Positions 15,528 to 25,460 of a DNA stretch of 64,000 nt are shown here, piece after piece. Each line of letters starts with the position of its first letter. Position 1 is the stretch's first letter. The position numbers and the translations under genes are program-made. Source of the DNA: the human T2T-CHM13v2.0 reference genome, Homo sapiens; assembly GCF_009914755.1 (NCBI RefSeq), contig NC_060925.1; one strand, given 5' to 3'. The notes beneath the pieces were generated by a model. The model was not told where the DNA came from, did no database searches, and saw only the letters and a list, made by a program, of their open reading frames with translations.

Positions 15528-16145
15528 CCCCTCCTCCCTTCCTCCCTCCTCTCCTCCTCCCTCCTCCCTTCTTCCCTCCTCCCTTCTCCCCTCCTCCCTT
15601 CCTCCCGCTTCCCTCCTCTCTCCTCCCTCCTCCCTTCTTCCCTCCTCCCCTCCTCCCTTCCTCTCTCCTTCCTCCCCTCCTCCCTTCCTCTCTCCTTCCT
15701 CCCCTCCTCCCTTCCTCTCTCCTCCCTCTTCCCCTCCTCTCTTCCTTCCTCCTCCCCTCCTCCCTTCCTCCCTGCTCCCTCATCCCTTCCTCCCTGCTCC
15801 CTCCTCCCTTCCTCCCTGCTCCCTCCTTCCTTCCTCTGTTTCCTCCTCCCTCCTTCCTTCCTGCCTCCTCCTTTCCTCCTTCCTCCCTCCTCCCCTCCTC
15901 CCTCCTCCTCCTTTCCTCCTTTCTCCCTCCACCTTTCCTCCCTTCCTCCCTCCTCCCTTCCTCCCTCCTCCCTTCCTCCCTCCTCCCTTCCTCCCTCCTC
16001 CCTTCCTCCCTCCACCTTTCCTCCTTCCTCCCTCCACCTTTCCTCCTTCCTCCCTCCACCTTTCCTCCTTCCTCCCTCCACCTTTCCTCCTTTCTCCCTC
16101 CACCTTTCCTCCTTCCTCCCTCCTCCCTCCTCCCTTCCTCCCTCC
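15528..16145. repeat. Polypyrimidine/polypurine low-complexity tract (CCT/CCTT-type)
   Basis: ~620 bp almost exclusively C/T on the + strand, with internal periodic sub-repeats. Confidence 0.97.
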
Positions 16146-17219
16146 AAGGTCAGTGGTGACTCCCCAGGGCTTAGCCGTCACCTGTGGCTCTGTCTCCTGG
16201 GAGGCCTGGAGAGGCAGGGGTGGGTGGCTATGCAGGCTGTGCTGGCAGGCATGGCCTGAGGGTCAGGCTAGTCCCTTCTCCTAGTGTCCTGGAAACTGGC
16301 ACTGAGTGGGCATATGCAGCCTTGTCGTGGGCACCGTGGCTCCTGGAGTCTGGTGAAGAGGGCAGGGTTGGTCTTCCTGGGCCAGGGTAGGTGGGGACCT
16401 GCAGGCAGGGGAGGGTGTGGGCAGCATGGCCCATCTGGTTAGAGTGTCCCAAGAGACCACCCAGCTGAGGCCTCCTGGGGAGCTCTGGGGCCAGGGTGCA
16501 CCTTGGGTGGGGGTGAGCATGGGGACCTGAGGTGCTGCTGGGGCCCCTCCCCGGGGCTTTGCTCCCAAGACCCTCCCACAGTCCCCAGCCCAGACAGGGC
16601 CGCCAGGCCTCTCGCCTTCTGTGGGGCAGGGCAGCCCCCATGGGTCAGGTGCTCAGTGTTGCCCTGGGGCCCAGTGGGCAGGTGAGGGAGCAGCAAGGCC
16701 ACAGCAGGTCCCCGGGTCATGGAGGGCTTGGCTGGGAGGGAGCAGGCTTGGGTTATGGCCCGGGGTCACTCTGCCAATTTCGGTGCCTTGGTGGGCTGCG
16801 AGCCCCTCCTCTCTGAGCACGGACTCCTGTTCCAGAGGCCCCCACATTCTCTAGGGTTGCTCCATGCAGTGCCCAGCCCCTACTCCTGTCCAAGACTGAC
16901 TTAGACCTCCTCTGGCCAGCTGGACAGCTCTGCCCAAATCTCAAATTCATCATCCCTGAGGACTCAACCTCAGACCCTGACTCCAGGCCTCCCTGCTGGG
17001 CAAATAGCACCCACCGCAACTAGGGGGCCCAGATCCTGGGAACACCCTCCCGCCCACCATCCGACTCAGCCTGGGGGTTTCTCTCCTGTCCCATGTCCCA
17101 CTCTTTGCTCCACCCCTGCAGCCTCCACCCCTTCAGAACCACCCTCAAGTCATACCTGGCTAAGCAGGGGCCATAGCCAGATCGCCTGCTCCCTGCCTCT
17201 CTCTCTAGGGACAGGCAAT

Positions 17220-17418
17220 ACACACATGCACACGCACACACGAAGGCACACACATTTGTGCAGACATGCACATACACGTGTGCATACCACACACATACGT
17301 GCACACACATATGTATACCCACCCCCACACACATAGGGAAACACATGTGTACATACAACACATGTTCACATGCACCCAAACCACACACGTGCACACACAG
17401 TACATGCACCCACGCACG
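17220..17418. repeat. Imperfect (CA)n low-complexity tract
   Basis: CACA/CATA/CACG mixture. Confidence 0.85.
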
Positions 17419-19931
17419 TGGCCGTCCATCTCAGTGGTCTTCCAGAACTCGCCTCTCACCGCCTCCTCTTTGGCCTCAAAGGCCTTCCACGATCTGGCCC
17501 TTGCCTGCCTCTGCCACCCCACCCCAACTGAGCATCCGCCAAGGTCCCTCCAGGCCCGCCTGGCACCTACTGCCTCAGCATTAGTAAAGTTCTTGGCAAC
17601 CTGGTTGTGTGCTGGCTTTGCAGGTCCCTGGGCTGAGGCCTCCCCCAGGGCAGGGTCACACTGCGCTCCCAGCCACCTGGCTCAGAGCCCTGGGGATGCT
17701 CAGAGCGTGCCTGTTGGCAGCCGTGGAAATGAGCAAGCGCGGAGATGAACGGCGCTCGGCAGACGGTGTGTGCTGGCGCCCGGCCCTGTGCAGGCGACAG
17801 TTGGTTTACAAGGAAGTGTGCACTGGGCCCGGCTGGCGTGGGGTAAGAAGAAAGGGCAGGGCCCAGTGTCCCTGGGTCCCACCAGTCTCTGCCCCTTGGC
17901 ACCCCTGGGGCATGACTGTGAGGCCGAGGGGCCCAGGGTCAGCCCAGGTCAGCAGGAGGTCCAGGGGAGGGTCTGTCCAGGAGGCACTCCCTCCTGTACT
18001 GTCTCCCATGCCCCTGCCATGTCCCCTCCAGCTCACCTCCTGCAAAGGTGTGCACACTCGACCCTGGCCTCCATCAGAGAGGGCAGCATGAGGGCTCTGG
18101 GTGTGGGTGCCCACAGGAAGGGGAGGGGGCTGGTGCTTCTCCACATCGTCTTTGCCGATTGCCCAAGAGAGAGCACCCCCGGCCACTGCGGCTAGGGCAG
18201 GTGAAGGTCCCTTCTTGCCCCCGCCTCCCAACACCTGCTCCCCACAGCCTGGAAGTCTATTTTCCTCCAAATTTGCTCGGATCATTCCAGCTGGGAGCAC
18301 CCCCCGTCCCGCTGCCTGCCCACCAGTCTGCCACCCTCCCTGTGTGCCAGAAGGGCCTCTGGTCCCATGGGCACCTTCCCTGCAGATCTAGGGTCCTTCA
18401 GGGGGCGCAGCGTGTGCAGGGGGGAACCGGGGCAATTCACGGCAGCATTGAGTGTTTTGCCCCACTTCGCCGGCGTGGGCTGCCCTGCCCAGGGATCTGG
18501 ATGGGCCGATGGAGCCCAGCTCTGGCCACATGGGTGGCTCCAGGTAGAAGTGGCTTTGACTACGCCCTCCCAGCCCTGACCCAGCTCCCAGGGTCCCTGT
18601 CTTGCTAGACCTGGACGGAAATATCTCCCTTGCCAATGAGAAACTGTTTCAAGGCAGGATACCATGTCTCTGGGGACCCTGGGCAGGTGCCTTTCTCTCT
18701 TTGTGCCTCAGTTTCCCCCTCAGAGAAAAGGGTGTGTCAGGCCTCAATGATTCCTAAGGGCAGGCAGTGCCTATAAAGACCTTTGGCCCCCCGAGGGTGT
18801 CCTCACCCTTCTCGCTGGCACCAGCCCATGCAGCAAGGTGCCTGGGGGGTCTCAGAGCAGGAGGCTCAGCCCTGCCCACCCACCCCAGTGCTGGCCAGAC
18901 CTGGTCCCCGACCCCAGGGCTGCCCCCGGGTTCTGGGCCCTGTTCATGGGAAGCCAAGCCAGGGGCAGCTGATCCCATCCCACCCGTTCGTTGTCTTGAG
19001 TTCTGATTGAGAACGGGACGTCTTCAGACCAGATGCTGGTGGAAAATGAAACACACACTTTCTAAATTTAGCTGCTGAGGATTGCACGTTTACCCGATTA
19101 AGCCCATTGATTGAGTTGCGTGCACGTGCTCTCTCTGCAGTGCTCAGCTGTGCCTCTCCGGGCTGTCTGTCCTCCATGGTGACCTCAGGCTGCAGAAGGG
19201 CCTCTGAGACCTCCCGCCCAGGTCTCTGGCCCTGAGCCATCTGTTCACCTGGGGCTGACACTGCCACCCTCGGGGGAGAGTCCCGGGGTCCGTGGGGAGA
19301 GCCCGTCAGAGTCCAGCTGGATTCTTCTCCACTGAGGAAAGGCATTGCCTGAGAGACACCGCAGCCAGGCCTGGCTGGAGTGTTCGAGGGCAGCGGGCAC
19401 GCGGCTCCCTGCCTGCAGGGACCTCATGATCTTAATGTGAAGGGCAGACTCAAAATCAGGGCAAGGTCATGTCCGGGACACTGCGGGGGACAAGGCAACC
19501 AGGGAGGCTTCCCAGAGGAGGTGCCTCGTTCCTGACCTTGGAAACCAGGCAGGGGTGGGCAGGGGGCCTGTGGAGAAGGGGGAGTCAGGCTTGGTGGAGT
19601 GTCTATGAGGGAAGGGCAAACAGGGTAGAGAAGGCAGCTGCAGCCAGTCCACAGGGCCCTGGGTGCCAGGCTGAGGGGTCCGATGTAGCCTGTGGTCCAG
19701 CTGCAGGGGTGGGTGTATTGGAGTGAGGCCTGCAGGCCAGATGGGGTCTGTGGGTATGGCCCAGGAAGTGGCCCATCTGGGAGCGCCCGGGAAGGAAGAC
19801 TGGCTGGGAGGGCTGGAGCTGGGGAGGATCTCGGGTGGGGGGCAGGCGGTGTGCCCTGGCTGCCGGGGTTGCCCCCAGGAGCACCCGGCCATGGTGGTGG
19901 GTGCCTCCACACAGTCTGCCGTGAGAGGAGG

Positions 19932-21920
19932 CCTCTCTCCATGTCTGTCGCTGGCCTTGCCCGGCCCGCCCGGGGATCTTGCATGCTGCGACCAGGGATC
20001 CTCTCTCCATGTCTGTCGCTGGTCTTGCCCGGCCCGCCGGGGGATCTTGCATGCTGCGACCAGGGATCCTCTCTCCATGTCTGTCACTGGCCTTGCCCGG
20101 CCCGCCCGGGGATCTTGCATTGCTGCGACCAGGGATCCTCTCTCCATGTCTGTCGCTGGCCTTGCCCGGCCCGCCCGGGGATCTTGCATTGCTGCGACCA
20201 GGGATCCTCTCTCCATGTCTGTCGCTGGCCTTGCCCGGCCCGCCCGGGGATCTTGCATGCTGCGACCAGTGATCCTCTCTCCATGTCTGTCGCTGGCCTT
20301 GCCCGGCCCGCCCGGGGATCTTGCATTGCTGCGACCAGGGATCCTCTCTCCATGTCTGTCGCTGGCCTTGCCCGGCCTGCCCGGGGATCTTGCATTGCTG
20401 CGACCAGGGATCCTCTCTCCATGTCTGTCGCTGGCCTTGCCCGGCCCGCCCGGGGATCTTGCATGCTGCGACCAGGGATCCTCTCTCCATGTCTGTCGCT
20501 GGCCTTGCCCGGCCCGCCCGGGGATCTTGCATGCTGCGACCAGTGATCCTCTCTCCATGTCTGTCGCTGGCCTTGCCCGGCCCGCCCGGGGATCTTGCAT
20601 TGCTGCGACCAGGGATCCTCTCTCCATGTCTGTCGCTGGCCTTGCCCGGCCCGCCCGGGGATCTTGCATGCTGCGACCAGTGATCCTCTCTCCATGTCTG
20701 TCGCTGGCCTTGCCCGGCCCGCCCGGGGATCTTGCATGCTGCGACCAGTGATCCTCTCTCCATGTCTGTCGCTGGCCTTGCCCGGCCCGCCCGGGGATCT
20801 TGCATTGCTGCGACCAGGGATCCTCTCTCCATGTCTGTCGCTGGCCTTGCCCGGCCCGCCCGGGGATCTTGCATTGCTGCGACCAGGGATCCTCTCTCCA
20901 TGTCTGTCGCTGGCCTTGCCCGGCCCGCCCGGGGATCTTGCATGCTGCGACCAGTGATCCTCTCTCCATGTCTGTCGCTGGCCTTGCCCGGCCCGCCCGG
21001 GGATCTTGCATTGCTGCGACCAGGGATCCTCTCTCCATGTCTGTCGCTGGCCTTGCCCGGCCCGCCCGGGGATCTTGCATTGCTGCGACCAGGGATCCTC
21101 TCTCCATGTCTGTCGCTGGCCTTGCCCGGCCCGCCCGGGGATCTTGCATTGCTGCGACCAGGGATCCTCTCTCCATGTCTGTCGCTGGCCTTGCCCGGCC
21201 CGCCCGGGGATCTTGCATTGCTGCGACCAGGGATCCTCTCTCCATGTCTGTCGCTGGCCTTGCCCGGCCCGCCCGGGGATCTTGCATGCTGCGACCAGTG
21301 ATCCTCTCTCCATGTCTGTCGCTGGCCTTGCCCGGCCCGCCCGGGGATCTTGCATTGCTGCGACCAGGGATCCTCTCTCCATGTCTGTCGCTGGCCTTGC
21401 CCGGCCCGCCCGGGGATCTTGCATTGCTGCGACCAGGGATCCTCTCTCCATGTCTGTCGCTGGCCTTGCCCGGCCCGCCCGGGGATCTTGCATGCTGCGA
21501 CCAGTGATCCTCTCTCCATGTCTGTCGCTGGCCTTGCCCGGCCCACCCGGGGATCTTGCATTGCTGCGACCAGGGATCCTCTCTCCATGTCTGTCGCTGG
21601 CCTTGCCCGGCCCGCCCGGGGATCTTGCATTGCTGCGACCAGGGATCCTCTCTCCATGTCTGTCGCTGGCCTTGCCCGGCCCGCCCGGGGATCTTGCATT
21701 GCTGCGACCAGGGATCCTCTCTCCATGTCTGTCGCTGGCCTTGCCCGGCCCGCCCGGGGATCTTGCATGCTGCGACCAGTGATCCTCTCTCCATGTCTGT
21801 CGCTGGCCTTGCCCGGCCCGCCCGGGGATCTTGCATTGCTGCGACCAGGGATCCTCTCTCCATGTCTGTCGCTGGCCTTGCCCGGCCTGCCCGGGGATCT
21901 TGCATGCTGCGACCAGGGAT
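19932..21920. repeat. VNTR, 29 copies of a 68/69-bp CpG-rich unit
   Basis: Unit CCTCTCTCCATGTCTGTCGCTGGCCTTGCCCGGCCCGCCCGGGGATCTTGCAT(T)GCTGCGACCAG(G/T)GAT; 12 units of 68 bp and 17 of 69 bp, nearly identical. Confidence 0.98.
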
Positions 21921-24461
21921 TCTTGAGCCTCTGGCTCAGGATGGAGATTTCTTTCACAGTTTCCAATTTGCGTTTCGGTTTTGGCTTCGTGCAGGAGGCC
22001 AGGTTTCTGTCTCATTGCTGTTGGTGTCATCTCTCTGCCTCTGTCCCTGGGTCCCTGGTGCTTGGCCATGTCCCCCCGGGAACGGAAGGCTGTGGGTCTT
22101 TCCTCCTGGGGCCTCATCTGAGGCCACTGAGCTCCACAACTGCCGAGATCTGGCTGTGCCCGGGTGGTCCTGCCCCCAGGAAACCGCCCCGACCATGCTG
22201 TCCGGGAAAGGGGGTGCAGATGGGCATGGTTCAGAGGGCACTGCCCGCTCCAGGTGCCCAGGAAGTGGAGGGGGTGGGTTCCCATCCTGACTGCACCTGG
22301 CTCCAGGTGGTCTCTAAGCCAGGCAGTGAAAGGGGTGCTCAGGCTTTCATCTGAGGAAAGCCCCTAGAGGGCCGGGGGATGGGAAAAGTGGAGAGAGCCC
22401 CCCTGGCAGCCCCTGCCGGCCCCTGCCAGCCCCTGCTGTGAAGCCTCAGAAGCGAAGAGGCGCGGGCACCACACGTATGGTCCCAGAGCAACTCCCAGCT
22501 CCAAGCAGGCGTCGCATCCGGCCTGGGTTTGGCTTCTGCCAGCTCCTGGGCCTGCACTGGGAGGGGCTGAGCGTGGGGGCATGGGGGTGGGCAGGAGCCT
22601 GGGGACGTTCATTCACAGCACCGAGCTCTGTGGGTACTCTTTCATTCACCCACACCTCATTTATTCCTCCTGCACGTTTCTGAGCATCGACTGGCACGTC
22701 CGTCCTCCACTCATCTGCTGAGTCCACTCTCACTTTGGGATCCCAGACCAGCTGATGCTGTCACGGTGGGGTTTCCTCCTGGGAAGGAGAGGGAGGAGCG
22801 GCAGCTCTGCCCTGGCCTGGGCATTAGGTCCCTGGTTTAGGGGTAAGCAGAGAAGCTGCAGGAGCCAGCACCCCGGGAGAGGAAGCCAGGGTGGAGTCTG
22901 GGAGTCCCGTGGGCCGGTGTGGCCAAGGGAGCCAGGAACTAGCCTTTCCTTGGAGGAGAAGCCCTGGAGCTGCCGCAGGGTTCACTGGGGGAGGAGCGGC
23001 TCTCTTTGCCTTCCATCCACAGCCCGCATTAAGGCAGCCACACCTCAGGGCGCAGGGCTCTGTCAGCCCCTCAGGGTAGTGATGACAGAGGCTTCACTGC
23101 AGGCTCATGGTCCTGGGCAGAGGCTGCTAGAGCCAGCCCAGCCTCAGCCAGATGAAACATCCGGGAACACACACCCGGCACAGAGTCTCCAGGGCTGTGT
23201 GGAGATGGCACTGCCTGGTGCTCCTGGAAAGCAGAAAGCCTCGGGAGCGGAGCTGGCCCTGCAGGCGGCAGGACGTAGCCTCTCCGCGGTGAGCTTTGCA
23301 CCAGGAGGAATCCTGACCATGCCCCAGGCTCTGGGGCACAGCCAAGCAATAGACTGCTTGGGGGAGTCAGAAACCTCCTGGGCTTCAGCAATCAGGAAAG
23401 AACCATAGACACCAGCAGGTCTATTCCTGGGGAAACTGAGGTCTGGAGGGGAGACTGAGGCCTCTCGTGAATCTGTGGGGAGCCAGGACATGCACCTGTG
23501 TCTTCTGTCTCCTCTTCAGCCACTACGCCAGGGCCAGATGGTGGGCAGGGTCTGCTTTGGAGAGCAAAATAGAAACTCCGGCAACACTGGTCCTGAGTGA
23601 CACGCTCCCACGCACCCCTACCCCACCCCTGGCCTCCTCCCTGGCTCCCAGCTTGGTGCCCATCTCGGGCCTCATCTCAGACTCAGCCTTTCCTCTCCCT
23701 GGCAGGCAGAGCTGACGGGCCCAGGGATGTGTGTGTCCTTAGTGGCCTGTGCCCCTTTCTCAGCTCTGGCGAGGACCCCCTCTCAGTCTGAACCACTCAT
23801 ATTAGACCCAAAGAACAAAGTCCAGGGACCCTTGGGTGCAGAAGCAGCATGGTGTGGGTGCACGGGGTTGCCCTAGGGTGAACGCTGTGGCTTCCCTCTA
23901 AGGCTGGAGGCTGGCCTTGTGGGTAAGCTGGGGGCTCTGAGTGCAGGAGCCCTTCTTGTTCCAGAGTCTGCCAGGAGGGTCTGTTGGGAAAGTTCTGCCT
24001 CTTGGCTCTGTGGCCAAGGCAGACCTGGGGGAGCTGAGGCCTCTCTGGACACAGGCCAGAGCTGGGCAGTCTCTCTTGACTTGTCTCCCGCCTCCTCCTT
24101 CATGGCTGCCTGCAGCAGAGCGGGGAACCGACGAAGTGCCTGGAAACAGAGAAGCCTGGTGGGCAGGGAGGGTCCCCAGGGTCTAGGGCCTGTCTCTGTG
24201 GCTGCTTTGGGCCTCCAGGGTCTGGAACAGTGGAAGAGTTGACTGGTGTGGGGCTAGGGACCTGCCCAGGGGAATGGTCATCCTGGTTCTCCCTGGGGGC
24301 ACAGGAGGCAGCACCAAGCTCCCTCCCCCCAGAGGTGGGTGGGCTGGCCGCCCGATGGGAGCTAAGGGTGCCCTGCCACCCTCTTGGGGCTGGGCCGTAC
24401 CCCGTTCTCAGCAGTCCCAGGCACTTCTGCAAGGGTCTGCATGTGCCCCTGACATCTTAGT

Positions 24462-24529
24462 TGGGGGAGGGGTGGCCCAGGCCCCAGTCCTCAAATGGGG
24501 AAGGGGTGGCCCAGGCCCCAGTCCTCAAA
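24462..24529. repeat. 2 x 34-bp tandem duplication
   Basis: AGGGGTGGCCCAGGCCCCAGTCCTCAAA occurs twice at the edge of the CpG island. Confidence 0.88.
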
Positions 24530-24599
24530 CGCCAGGGTGTTGGGAGTGGGGGGTGGGTTGTAGTGTCGCCGGGGCCCCTGTCTTGGCTTCTTCCAGCGC

Positions 24600-25460
24600 C
24601 TGGGCAAACGCCCAGCCTGGAGATGGGAAGCGCTCTCGGCCCCGCCCCCTTCCCGGTCCCGCCGGCTGGGGCCACGGGGAGCCGGAGGGAGGCGGAGGGG
24701 GAGGTGTGGGGAGCGGAAGGCCGCAGGAGCATCTTTGCGGAGAAAGTACTTTGGCTGCGGCGGGCGCAGGGCGGGCCGGCTAGCCCCGCCGTGCGCCCCG
24801 CGCCCCACCTGTTCTGTGCGTCGCGCTCGCCCGGTTGCGCCCGATCTGCCTCCAGCCCGGTGCCCGCCGCGGAGCCCGCGCCCCCGGCCCCCTCCCGGCG
24901 CGGGGCGGGCAGGGGGTGTGGTGCGGGCGGCACGAGTGACAGCGCGCTCCTCGCGCGGCGCCTCCACGGGGCGCAGTGTCACCGCGCACAGCCCGCCGCG
25001 GGCCGCCCGAGCTGGCGGGGCGATGCCGCGGGAGCCGGAGCCCCAGCCCGAGCCCGAGCCCGGCCGCTGACTGCGCCTCCCGGCCCGCAGCCCCCGCCCC
25101 CGCCGCCCTCGCTGCCCTCGCTGCAGCCGCCACGGAGACAATGGACGCGGGAGCCGCCCCGCAGAAGCACAGTAGGTGCCGCTCCTGCCGCTGCGCCGCT
25201 GCCAACCGGGATGCGCGGGTGGACGCGCGGGGGCGCCGCAGCCCTGGTGCGGGTCGGGGCTGAGCTGCCTGGGCTTCAGACTCGGGAGCGGAGGCTCGGA
25301 TCGCGGTGGCACGGGCAGGGGTGCGGGCGCGGGACTGTGGGCGGGACGGGCGGAGCGGTCTTGAGCTCTCCGGATGGCCTCAGGTGCGGGGTGAGGGATC
25401 TGGGGGCCGCCCCTCGGCAAACTTTCCTTCCCCGGGCTTCTGCGGAGGTCGCACTGGGGC
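24600..25460. promoter_or_regulatory. CpG island / promoter
   Basis: Very high GC and CpG density with multiple GC-box-like runs (CCCCGCCCC, GGGGCGGG); contains the ATG and donor of a first-exon candidate. Confidence 0.9.
25141..25171 (+). CDS. PLCH2: Candidate PLCH2 alternative first coding exon in CpG island (MDAGAAPQKH, phase 1)
   Basis: ACA-ATG-G strong Kozak in the main CpG island; donor A|GTAGGT; joins exon 59586 as A+TG=Met in frame. Confidence 0.7.

Noticed and set aside
14959-16284. Long ORFs (239-366 aa) rich in E/G/R or P/S/L
   Set aside because: Translations of the purine/pyrimidine tract, which has almost no possible stop codons; no domain or splice structure.
19932-21920. CRISPR-like array
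   Set aside because: Units are directly adjacent with no unique spacers, and the context is eukaryotic; it is a VNTR.
19692-22354. Cys-rich + strand ORFs (HCCDQG...VCRWPCP) resembling metal-binding proteins
   Set aside because: VNTR translation with near-identical nucleotides and frame shuffling by 68-bp units; mostly non-ATG starts.
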